A stretch of 64,000 bases of DNA, from contig CBDFJG010000002.1 in NCBI GenBank assembly GCA_965248445.1, positions 352,001 to 416,000 of the forward strand, in the 5' to 3' direction. A program made the translations under genes and the position numbers. Below the pieces are notes generated by a model. The model was not told the DNA's origin and searched no databases. It saw only the letters and a program-made list of their open reading frames with translations. This document shows positions 1-8,085 of the stretch, in pieces. The stretch is from Planctomycetota bacterium (GTDB lineage Bacteria > Planctomycetota > JAJSAM01 > JAJVHW01). Position 1 is the first letter of the stretch. Each line of letters opens with the position of its first letter.

Positions 1-26
1 CGCGTCCAGACCTCGGCCCCGACGAC

Positions 27-209
27 GTGTACTTCCTCGAGTGCGCGCGGGACTTCCCCGGCGTCGAGCGTCCAGACAAGCACATCCGCAACCGCACGGT
101 CCGCGACGGGCTGAGCACGGTGCTTGACGCGCTCGCGCGGGCCGAGGGCGAGGTGGAGCTGCTCCGCGGTGCGCTCACGACAGACGTTGAGGAACACGCG
201 GTCGCGTGA
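27..209 (+). CDS. Phage-like hypothetical protein (may start before the window)
   Basis: First of a chain of ORFs coupled by 4-nt GTGA/ATGA overlaps. Confidence 0.5.
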   Translation: MYFLECARDFPGVERPDKHIRNRTVRDGLSTVLDALARAEGEVELLRGALTTDVEEHAVA

Positions 210-556
210 GCACACTCCCGCCCTGCCACCGCCCCCGCGACTGCCCGCTCTGCGGGAAGGCCGCGATCCGCGCAGGTCGGAACCGTGCCGGCGTGCAGCG
301 GTATCGGCTGAAGTGCGCGTGCGACCGCCCCGCGGAACCACCGCTCCCAACCGACTGCCCGCAGTGCGGGGGCAAGCGTTCCATCGTGCGTCACGGCATG
401 CGTCGGGACCGCACCACGCGGTTCCGGTCGAAGTGTGGGCCGTGTGAGAACGAGGCGAGCCGCTTCAGTAGGGCGGGCCAGTCACTGCCGGAGTCGCAGC
501 TGGACCCGTACCTGCAAGTAGCGATGGCGGTGAGCCCGCTGTGGAGGACGCCGTGA
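206..556 (+). CDS. Cys-rich zinc-ribbon protein, phage-like
   Basis: CPLC, CAC, CPQC and CGPC motifs in two similar units; GTGA overlaps at both ends. Confidence 0.6.
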   Translation: MSTLPPCHRPRDCPLCGKAAIRAGRNRAGVQRYRLKCACDRPAEPPLPTDCPQCGGKRSIVRHGMRRDRTTRFRSKCGPCENEASRFSRAGQSLPESQLDPYLQVAMAVSPLWRTP

Positions 557-858
557 CGACCGACCGGGAGATCGACGGGCTGCGCACCAAGCTCCGAGAG
601 GCGAAGCGCGCCCAGGACGACGAATTCGGTCGGCGGCGTCGCGCCGAGAAGGAACGCGATGAACTCGCCGGACACCTCGGCAACGTCGGCAACGTGCTCA
701 TCGAGTTCGGGTTCGACATCGACAAGGAGCGCGCGTGGGCGTTCATCCGACGGCGGCTCACCGACCACGCCAAGTGCCGAGACCAGGCGCAGGAGGTCTC
801 CAACTTGAAAGCGCGAATCCGTGGTCTGCACGCGGCTGCGAACCGGAGGACGCCGTGA
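553..858 (+). CDS. Phage-like coiled-coil hypothetical protein
   Basis: GTG at 553 overlaps the previous stop; GGAGG RBS at 543-547. Confidence 0.55.
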   Translation: MTTDREIDGLRTKLREAKRAQDDEFGRRRRAEKERDELAGHLGNVGNVLIEFGFDIDKERAWAFIRRRLTDHAKCRDQAQEVSNLKARIRGLHAAANRRTP

Positions 859-1106
859 GCCGCCCTGCGAAACGCCTCCCCGTCCCCGGGCTCGAGGGCA
901 CCTGGTGGCGCTGCCCCGTGCACGGCCTGACCCAGGACACCCACATGCTGCGCGGCATCGAGGACGACGAGTTCCACGCCTACTACTACTGCCGCGTCGA
1001 CACCTGTTCTCGCGAGCTGGAGGACGTCCAGGGCGCCGGCCGCGACATCCGGAAGATCTCGCACTGGAACAGGCCCCCGAAGACGAAGGGAGCCCTCGCG
1101 TCGTGA
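855..1106 (+). CDS. Phage-like hypothetical protein
   Basis: GGAGG upstream; GTGA overlaps at both ends; WWRCPVHG...YYYC. Confidence 0.55.
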   Translation: MSRPAKRLPVPGLEGTWWRCPVHGLTQDTHMLRGIEDDEFHAYYYCRVDTCSRELEDVQGAGRDIRKISHWNRPPKTKGALAS

Positions 1107-1333
1107 GCTGGATCCACATGCGGCCAACCGCTTCCTCGGGTTCTCCACACGCCGACATGCGGAGCCTTGTGGGGGTGTCTGTCGGCGACAATGGAGGGCG
1201 TGTTCAGCGCTTCGACCGACGGCGTTCCGTCTCGTCCGTTCTCCCCTGTGACATCGTGCCCGTTCTGGGTCGCGCTGAACACAGCACGGGGTCGAGAGCG
1301 GGCGGGATGGAGAGCCGGGGAATCCGTCGATGA
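1103..1333 (+). CDS. Hypothetical protein
   Basis: Fits the coupling pattern (GTGA at 1103, ATGA at 1330); no recognisable motif. Confidence 0.35.
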   Translation: MSWIHMRPTASSGSPHADMRSLVGVSVGDNGGRVQRFDRRRSVSSVLPCDIVPVLGRAEHSTGSRAGGMESRGIRR

Positions 1334-1663
1334 GCGCGACGCTTGCGTCTCTTGAGCCCTGCTACGGTGGCCCCGCGCGCGAAGACCTGACGCGCCACAC
1401 GATCACCGACCTGGGTTTCCACAGCCACCTCGTGTACGTGATCTCGGCGCGGTGGCCCGATGAGCGCGGGGTCGTCTGTAGCTATGTCGGCATGACCCGT
1501 CGGCAATGGTGGCGGATCTCGGCGCACATCGGGAAGGGGTGGGAGGGCAAGACGCTATTGCTCGCGGCAGAAGCGGCAGGCGCGATGCTCTGGGTGGACG
1601 TCTACACCGAGACCCGCCACCGCTGCGTGCGCTACCTTGAAGCCGCACTCATCGACGCGCTAG

Positions 1664-3332
1664 CCGCATCTGTTCACGAGACGTCGCGATGACGGTGCTT
1701 TCGGAGTCCACAGGGTCAGATCTTGGCCAGGCGAGGGCGGATGCTGTCGTCGTTGCCACAAGGGCAACGCGAGTGAGCGGCCGAAACGGCGCGGATTCTG
1801 CGGTGTGGGCAGACCGTAGGCCGGGCGGTGGTGTGGCGGACGGCGCGGCGGGACGTCAGGTCGGCTTCGGGGATGCCAGCAGTCGTTGCGCGCAGCGCTC
1901 GAAGACGTGCTGCCAGGGCCACGACGAGGACATCGAGACCCAGATCCGGCGCGTCGTGATCCGCACGAGCGCGCCGATCTTGAGCAGCCGCAGGCGGATC
2001 GTGCCGGCTTGCGCACGCGCCATCTCGGTGCCGGCGAGACCGATGCGTCGCAGCGCACAGGTCAGGACGTAGGCCATGGCCGACATGGCCATCCGCACGG
2101 CGTTGCCCTGCATCGTGTGCACCGACAGACGGGTGCCGAAGAGCTCGAGCTGCTGCTCCTTGATGCGATTCTCCGCCTCGCCCCGGGCGCAGTAGAGCTG
2201 CTCGTAGAGACGCTTGCTGCTCCAGCTACGAGGCGGCAGATTGGTCACCACGAAGCGGGGATTGCGCTTGCCGCCCGGCAGGTGCTCGGCCTTGGCGACC
2301 ACGCGACGCCTCTGGCTCCAGCTCCCCAGCGTGGTCCAGGCAAAGTCGCGAAAGACCCGGGCTGCTCGGCCGGTCTGCACGGCACGGGCTGCGGCCTCAT
2401 CGAGCGCGTCTTCGACGTGTCGCTCAAGGCGCTCATTGCGCGCCATGCCCAGCAGGTAGAAGTGGCCGGCGGCCTCGCACCAGGCCATCAGCTCCTCGCG
2501 GCAAAAGCCCGAGTCTGCGCGCACGAGCACCTTGGCCCGGGGCCAGCGGCGCCGCAGACGTAAGACCAGCGCACGGAGCTCGTCCACGACTCCGCGCGCG
2601 GGATCTCTGTCAGCGGTCTGGAGCCGAGCGAGCAAGAGGTGCTCGCCGCAGAAGACGTACAGCGGCAGGTAGCAGTAGTGCCCGTAGTAGCCGTGGAAGA
2701 AGCGGCCCTCCTGCCGGCCGTGCAGCCGCACGTCGGAGTGGTCCAGGTCCAGCACGAGCAGGCCCGGATCCTCCGGCCCCATGGCCTCGCAGAAGACGTC
2801 GCTGAGCACGCTGTCCACGCGCTCCTGGTCCATCTCGATCTTGGCGTAGCGCGTCTGTGCCGTGGCGCCGAGCTGCGTGGTCTCGAGCCGCGAGAGCGTC
2901 GGGTGCGTGGCCAGAGCACCCTCGCGCTTGCCGCACGCCGCGGCAAACAGCGGGTCCTTGCCGACATGGTCGTGGTCCACCAGATCCTCGTAGCCCGCGC
3001 ACAGCCCGAAGACCCGCTGACGCAGCATCTGGCCGACCGTGTGCTCGACCCGACGCGGGTCCCGGTGGTCCCCGAAGCAGCGCGCAAACCGCGAGAGCAG
3101 ATCGATGCGACGATCGACCCGCTCGAGCAGCAGCACGCCCCCGTCGCTCGTCACGGTACCGGCGTCGAAGCGCGTCACCGCGGTGCGTCCACAGATGCCC
3201 GCGAAGAGGGTCCCCTGCGGGCTACAGTCTGTCGTCATCGGGCCGGCGCTCCTGTCGGTGCAAGTACTAGCGAGTACGAGCACTTAGACAGACGACGGCC
3301 CGCTCAGATTCCCGGCTGGTGAACGATTCGGG
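1664..3332 (-). mobile_element. IS1380-family element, type A copy 1 (1669 bp)
   Basis: Inverted match to 14216-15884; imperfect TIRs CCCGAATCGTTCAC / CCGCATCTGTTCAC; CTAG on both sides (1660-1663, 3333-3336). Confidence 0.95.
1856..3238 (-). CDS. IS1380-family DDE transposase
   Basis: TSDGGVLLL, LDLDHSD, HGRQEG.FFHGYY..YCYLPL, VRADSGF, YCARGEAENRIKE; ATG 3238 preferred. Confidence 0.95.
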   Translation of the reverse strand: MTTDCSPQGTLFAGICGRTAVTRFDAGTVTSDGGVLLLERVDRRIDLLSRFARCFGDHRDPRRVEHTVGQMLRQRVFGLCAGYEDLVDHDHVGKDPLFAAACGKREGALATHPTLSRLETTQLGATAQTRYAKIEMDQERVDSVLSDVFCEAMGPEDPGLLVLDLDHSDVRLHGRQEGRFFHGYYGHYCYLPLYVFCGEHLLLARLQTADRDPARGVVDELRALVLRLRRRWPRAKVLVRADSGFCREELMAWCEAAGHFYLLGMARNERLERHVEDALDEAAARAVQTGRAARVFRDFAWTTLGSWSQRRRVVAKAEHLPGGKRNPRFVVTNLPPRSWSSKRLYEQLYCARGEAENRIKEQQLELFGTRLSVHTMQGNAVRMAMSAMAYVLTCALRRIGLAGTEMARAQAGTIRLRLLKIGALVRITTRRIWVSMSSSWPWQHVFERCAQRLLASPKPT

Positions 3333-3583
3333 CTAGCGCCGTGCGAGAACACGCAGAACCACCCGCCCTCTGGCGCGGTTCCATGCGCTCACCGCAGGCC
3401 GTTGGAGATCGCCTTCCCCCGCCTCTACGAGATCGAGTCGTGGGGCGGAGCGATAGAGCATGTGCGCGCCCAGCGGCTCAAGTCGGTCCAGGGGCGGGTC
3501 GCTCGCCTGTCCGATCGCGACTACGAGTCCTTCCTCGTGTGGCTGCGTCGGCACCACCAGGAGCGCGCGAGGGAGCGCGCCGG

Positions 3584-4234
3584 GTGACACGCCAGTGGAT
3601 AGCCCTCAGCACCGGGTTTCCGATGGACCTGGAGACCCTGACCCTCCCCGTAGAACACCGCTATTCCTGGGTAGTTCTGCTGACGATTTCGAAACGAGAG
3701 GGCTGGAACGGGACCGTGAACGGGACAGTCATCGCCCCCCTACTGGAGGCGTTTGCGGGGCTCTCCAAGCGTAGACAGGGTGTGTTCTTTCGCGCCCTGA
3801 CTGCCCTTGGTTGGGTGGAACAGGTTGGCCCTAACTACGTGATCCAGAAATGGGATAGGTGGCAGAAGGATCCGGGATCTCCGGCTCGAGCGAAGAAGGC
3901 GCGGGACAAGAAACGTCACGGAAGCGCGCGTGACGAAAATCGTTCGGAAGTAGCTCTGACAGGGACAGGGACAGGGACAGAACCCCCCCCTCCCCCTAAC
4001 GAGGGGGAGGCCCGTCGCTTCGCTCTTGCCTGGGCCGGCTCCCGGTCCCGCTTGAAGGACGGCCGGCTGAAGGACCTGGCATCGGCCGTGCACCGAGATC
4101 GCGCTGCCGAGTCATCGGGGAGCCGCTCGATCGACTGGGTAAACCAGCGTCGCCGCATCAAGACCGAGGACCCGAGCGGCTTCATCAGCACCGAGAGGAT
4201 GCTCGGCCGTGCTGCCCGAAGGGCCGCGCCGTGA
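3584..4234 (+). CDS. Putative phage replication initiator / replisome-organizer-like protein
   Basis: GTGA overlap with upstream gene; N-terminal WIAL motif, KWDRWQ, basic ARAKKARDKKR helix, then TGTGTGTEPPPPP linker typical of this class. Confidence 0.55.
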   Translation: MTRQWIALSTGFPMDLETLTLPVEHRYSWVVLLTISKREGWNGTVNGTVIAPLLEAFAGLSKRRQGVFFRALTALGWVEQVGPNYVIQKWDRWQKDPGSPARAKKARDKKRHGSARDENRSEVALTGTGTGTEPPPPPNEGEARRFALAWAGSRSRLKDGRLKDLASAVHRDRAAESSGSRSIDWVNQRRRIKTEDPSGFISTERMLGRAARRAAP

Positions 4235-4380
4235 CGCTCCGAGACGAGATCGTCGCGTTGCGCGCACTGCTCAGCGACGCCATGGACGCGCTGTCGGCAG
4301 AGTGTCAACCTGTTGAAACCCCCGAGTGCCAGTCTGACGGACTGGCAGGAAGAAGGGCGTCAGGCGCGGGGCGTGGTTGA
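4231..4380 (+). CDS. Small hypothetical protein ending the phage-like operon
   Basis: GTGA overlap; MTLRDEIVALRALLSDAMDAL... Confidence 0.35.
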   Translation: MTLRDEIVALRALLSDAMDALSAECQPVETPECQSDGLAGRRASGAGRG

Positions 4381-4408
4381 CAACCGTGCCCCGCGCGTGG
4401 AGCCTGTG

Positions 4409-4480
4409 TGGAGCCGACGGGAATCGAACCCGCGAACCTGACTTTCCAAGTGTCTGGCGCCTACCAAGGGTCTCGGCCCC
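4409..4480 (-). ncRNA. tRNA-like RNA with Ala/tmRNA-type acceptor stem and degenerate D and anticodon arms
   Basis: GGGGCCG/CGGCTCC-A acceptor with G3.U70; T-arm GCGGG-TTCGATT-CCCGT; central loop ACTTGGAAA; no encoded CCA. Confidence 0.6.
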
Positions 4481-4494
4481 ACGGGTGACGGGCA

Positions 4495-4539
4495 GGAGCC
4501 CTCGCGGGGAACATCAACGCTGCGGGGGCTCCACTTCTT
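4495..4539 (+). terminator. Hairpin followed by a pyrimidine run; possible terminator or attenuator
   Basis: GGAGCCCTCGCGG...CTGCGGGGGCTCC followed by ACTTCTT. Confidence 0.4.
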
Positions 4540-4667
4540 GATGGAGAGCGGACATGAGCGACGACGAGCCAGATGAGGATCGTCCGCTCAAGATCCACGG
4601 CGATTGGAAGGAAGCCCTGCGGAAGGGCGGGACGTGTCAACGACTTTGAGACACCGCGTCTTCGAGT

Positions 4668-5696
4668 TTAGTGAGCAGCCTCCTGTGTCGCAGTCTCCAG
4701 CGCCGCGAGTTCCCGGGCCGGCGGGTTGATCCACGTCTCGGTCGGCAGAGCCGGCGGCGTCGGCGCACGGCGCACGAAGCGCTCGGGATGCGCCGCGTAC
4801 GCGGCATCGAGCACGACCGAGCGCGCGGCGACGGCCGCTTCGGCGCGGCCGTAGTGCACGGTCTCGGGCGTCAGCAGCCCGAGACTCGAGTGACGATGCT
4901 CGCGGTTGTACCAGTGGAAAAAGGCGCGGCAGTGCGCCCGCGCGTCCTCGATGCAGCCGAAGCGCGCTGGGAAGTCCGGCCGGTACTTCAGCGTGCGGAA
5001 TTGGCTCTCGGAAAACGGATTGTCATTCGACGTGTACGGCCGGCTGTGCGACTTCGTCACGCCGAGATCGGCGAGCAGAAAGGCCACCGGCTTGCTGATC
5101 ATCGGCGGCCCCCGATCGGAGTGGATCGTGAGCTGCTCCGCCGCGATCCCCTGCTTCTCGCAGGACTGCTCGATGAGTGCCGTCGCCAGCGCACCGCTCT
5201 CGCAGTCCGCCAGCATCCAGCCCACGACGTTGCGGGAGTAGATGTCGAGCACGACGTAGAGATAGAAGTAGCTCCACTTCACCGGGCCGCGGAGCTTGGT
5301 GATGTCCCAGCTCCAGACCTGGTTCGGGGAGGTCGCGAGGAGCTCGGGCTTCTTGTACGCGGGATGACGCAGCTGGTTGCGGCGCTCACGCACAGCACCA
5401 GCCGCACCGAGGATGCGGTACATCGTGCGCACCGAGCACAGGTAGCGTCCCTCGTCGAGCAGGATCGCCCACGCCGCAAGCGGTGACAGATCGCAGAAGC
5501 GCTCCTCGCTCAGCACCGCGAGTACGGTAAGACGCTCGTCGATCGTGAGGGCGCGCGGCGAGCGCCGGCGCGGCTGCTGGGGCCGGGGGCACGTGCGTGC
5601 CGTTCGGCGCCGATAGAGCGTGGCGCGCGTGACTCCGAGCGCGCGGCACGCGGGGGCGACGCCCACGCGTCCCCCCAGCTCCTCCGCCGCAATCAC
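4668..5696 (-). CDS. IS3-family transposase OrfB (rve/DDE)
   Basis: PNQVWSWDIT, LDIYSR.VVGW, IHSDRG, DNPFSESQFRTLK; GTG overlaps the OrfA stop. Confidence 0.92.
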   Translation of the reverse strand: MIAAEELGGRVGVAPACRALGVTRATLYRRRTARTCPRPQQPRRRSPRALTIDERLTVLAVLSEERFCDLSPLAAWAILLDEGRYLCSVRTMYRILGAAGAVRERRNQLRHPAYKKPELLATSPNQVWSWDITKLRGPVKWSYFYLYVVLDIYSRNVVGWMLADCESGALATALIEQSCEKQGIAAEQLTIHSDRGPPMISKPVAFLLADLGVTKSHSRPYTSNDNPFSESQFRTLKYRPDFPARFGCIEDARAHCRAFFHWYNREHRHSSLGLLTPETVHYGRAEAAVAARSVVLDAAYAAHPERFVRRAPTPPALPTETWINPPARELAALETATQEAAH

Positions 5697-6196
5697 GTGT
5701 CGCTCCCGCTCGTCTCGGGCATCTCGATGCCCAGCAGCCGTGAGACTTTTCGCTGCACGTCGATGATCACCTCGGCCGTCTCGAGCCGCTTCTCGAGACG
5801 GGCGACTTCGCGCTCGAGCTGCTCGTTGCGCTTCTTGAGCGCACGGTCCGGATCGGGCTTGGGACCACGCCGCTTGGGCGAGAGCGCCTCGAGCTGGCCC
5901 TGGTCCCGCGCGCGCCGCCACGTCAACAAGTGCGAGGAGTACAGCCCCTCACGGCGCAAGAGAGCGCCGATCTCGCCGGGCTTCGTGCACGCGTCCGCCG
6001 CCTCGATGATCCGTAGCTTGTACGCGGCGCCAAAGCGCCGCCGCGAGGCGCGCGGCACGACCTCGGGGTCGCGCACCCCAACGTCCCCCGGGCCGCGCGC
6101 CCCGGGGGAGCCCCCTCCGCCTCGATCGCGCTCGCTATGCTCGCCCTCCCTCGGCTCCGGGATCTCCCCCGGCGCTGTGTTGTGGTTGTTCGTCAT
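5693..6196 (-). CDS. IS3-family OrfA (HTH + leucine zipper)
   Basis: RRRFGAAYKLRII, LLRREGLYSSHLLTWR, coiled coil; GGAGG RBS. Confidence 0.9.
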   Translation of the reverse strand: MTNNHNTAPGEIPEPREGEHSERDRGGGGSPGARGPGDVGVRDPEVVPRASRRRFGAAYKLRIIEAADACTKPGEIGALLRREGLYSSHLLTWRRARDQGQLEALSPKRRGPKPDPDRALKKRNEQLEREVARLEKRLETAEVIIDVQRKVSRLLGIEMPETSGSDT

Positions 6197-6273
6197 CGCT
6201 GGTTCCTCCACCGCCCTGCACAGTAATCATCCGTGGGGTCGGTGTCTCAGCCACGTTGGCACAGAGGGGGGAC

Positions 6274-6866
6274 TCAAGACCCCGCCGCCGCCAACCGACG
6301 ACGACGAGCCTGAGACTGAGGGCTCGGAAGGTGCTTCCCGTAAGCCGAAAGAACCGCCTGCCTGACCTGTTCTCCGTCGTCGTCTCGGCGGTGGTTGTAA
6401 CGGAAGGTCGCGGCGCCCAGGTACGTGGGCAGGTGGCAGGGCGAGACCGAGTGCCACGTCCCGTAGACCGACCTGCGGAAGATCCCGAAAAAGCCCTCGA
6501 TTGAGTTCGTCGTGGTCAGTTCGCGAGGGCCGCCCGGTCTGCGACTCTCCCACCGCGCGTACTCGTTCGCATCGTGGTTCACGGTGCGGTGGTCGGCGAA
6601 GTACCAGGCCAGGCGCTTGTAGACGTTCGCGCCGTCGGTGTGCAGCGTCGCCCACGCGGCCACGTTCGAGAACAGCACCTTGCGGAGCGACTTTGCCGTC
6701 ACGTCCGTCGTGATCGCGGCGCGCACGTCGCCTCCACGCGAGAGCATCCCAATGACCGGGATGGTGCGCCCCTTCGCCTCCCGCCTCTTCCACCGCTTGC
6801 CGGTCCGATACGTGCGGCGGCGCCGTTTTCGGCCTCCGACCCACAGTTCGTCGGCGGACGTGACTA
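6274..6866 (-). pseudogene. IS1595-family transposase, N-terminally truncated
   Basis: ADELWVGG...VIGMLSRGG...LHTDG..VY...HRTVNH...TNSIEGFF..FRR...GTWHSVS..HL..YL...FRYN; in-frame stop just upstream and no zinc-ribbon/HTH N-terminus. Confidence 0.8.
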
Positions 6867-6926
6867 ATGTCTTTCAGGGGATTTCGGTTGACGCGCTCGT
6901 TCCATCCCCGGACGCTGCTCTGTTCA

Positions 6927-8085
6927 ATGAACAGGCGGCGGGAATTCACGATAGCGCTTACAGCGCTCGCCGCGATTGCGCTCCTCGGGCTGTGGCTCGT
7001 CGCAAGCTGCTCTGAAACGGCTGACTGGAAGCCCGCCCCCCCCCCGCGCCCCAGATTCCCACGCCGACGTCTACCGAGACCGAGGCCCCGCGTGTACGCG
7101 AGACTCGCGTGAGACGCGAGCCCGCTCCGCCTCTGTCCATGGAGGAGACGACCCAGGTCACACTGCGCGACCTTGCAGACGGCACCCCGTGTCCAGGTGT
7201 AGAAGTCACTCTGCGTGCACCCAGCGCGGGCCATGAGCTCTTCGTCACGAGCGATTCCGGTGGCGTCATCCGCGTACCGAAGGACTGGGTAAAGGCGCCC
7301 CCAGGCGACGTCAGCTCGCCGTACAAGTTGGCCGGTACAACAGGTCGCTCAGGGAGTCCCGTCACGGCCTGGCTGTACCAAGAAATCGTGGTGACAGTCG
7401 ATGTCGAACTACCGGCGGAGTTCGAGGTCGACATCCCCGTTTCCGCAGAAGCCAAGATCGTCCCGCTACCCGCGAAGTCTGGGCATCCGCTTACCCAAAC
7501 TCCTCCATGGAGCCGCGCGTGGCTGCACGCGAACGGCATCGTGGTCACGTGGACCGACATGGAGCGGCGAACCGACTTGCCGCGCTCGTTCACGCTCACG
7601 ATGCCACGGGTCCAGGGCATCGTTGTGGTCGCGCGGGCGCCTGAGCATCGCAGCCTCGAGAACCAGGTGACACGTGTGGCGGTCACTCACCTTGATCGAG
7701 AGCGGACAGTCTCGTTGTCACTCGCGCGCGGCAGGGCTGTTCACGGGCGGCTCCTTCTTCCGGCCGGCGCCACGCTCCCGCAACCGCTCCCGACGGTGGT
7801 GCTACGCGTCGAGAACACCGGCTCTCTTCGCCGAGCTGACTTCTTGGTGTGGAAACTCAAGGGACAGGCGATCGGATCGGGAGCGAGTTCTTACGATGGC
7901 GAGGACGCGACGTTCACATTCCAGACGTCGGCGCGCGTGAACCCGGACGGCACGTATCGCGTGCCGTTCTTCGAACGCGGCCGCGCCATGCTCCTGGTGC
8001 AGGTGACTGGGTTCCTCGTGGAAGAACTATCGCTTGGGCATATCTCCACCGATCGCACGGATCTTGATGTTCAGCTTCGTCCGTT
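6927..8085 (+). pseudogene. Membrane-anchored carboxypeptidase-regulatory-like protein, frameshifted at a C10 tract and cut by IS66
   Basis: N-terminal TM in one frame, body in another; switch at 7036-7045; stop supplied by the IS66 end. Confidence 0.65.

Larger units (their letters stand above)
1330..3587 (+). pseudogene. GIY-YIG-family nuclease interrupted by IS1380 (parts 1330-1663 and 3337-3587)
   Basis: LVYVI...SYVGMT...RISAH...LEAALIDALA. Removing the IS and one CTAG restores the frame: ...ALAPCENTQ...RERAG*. Confidence 0.75.
4628..6268 (-). mobile_element. IS3-family element copy 1 (about 1.64 kb)
   Basis: Matches 44459-46099; 24-bp imperfect IR CGTGTCAACGACTTTGAGACACCG / TGTGCCAACGTGGCTGAGACACCG; exact ends blurred by G-runs. 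Confidence 0.9.
4554..6365 (+). pseudogene. Small acidic protein interrupted by IS3-family copy 1 (parts 4554-4631 and about 6270-6365)
   Basis: GGAGAG RBS; MSDDEPDEDRPLKIHGDWKEALRKG joins GLKTPPPPTDDDE...PPA* after IS removal. Confidence 0.5.

Noticed and set aside
4409..4480. Canonical tRNA-Pro or tRNA-Ala
   Set aside because: Lacks U8/A14, has a weak D-stem, a mismatched anticodon stem and a 9-nt loop; acceptor identity conflicts with the apparent anticodon.
5697..5921. 417-aa transposase starting at 5921 (also 45752 and 46736)
   Set aside because: The extension overlaps OrfA in another frame; the GTG at the OrfA stop is the more plausible start.
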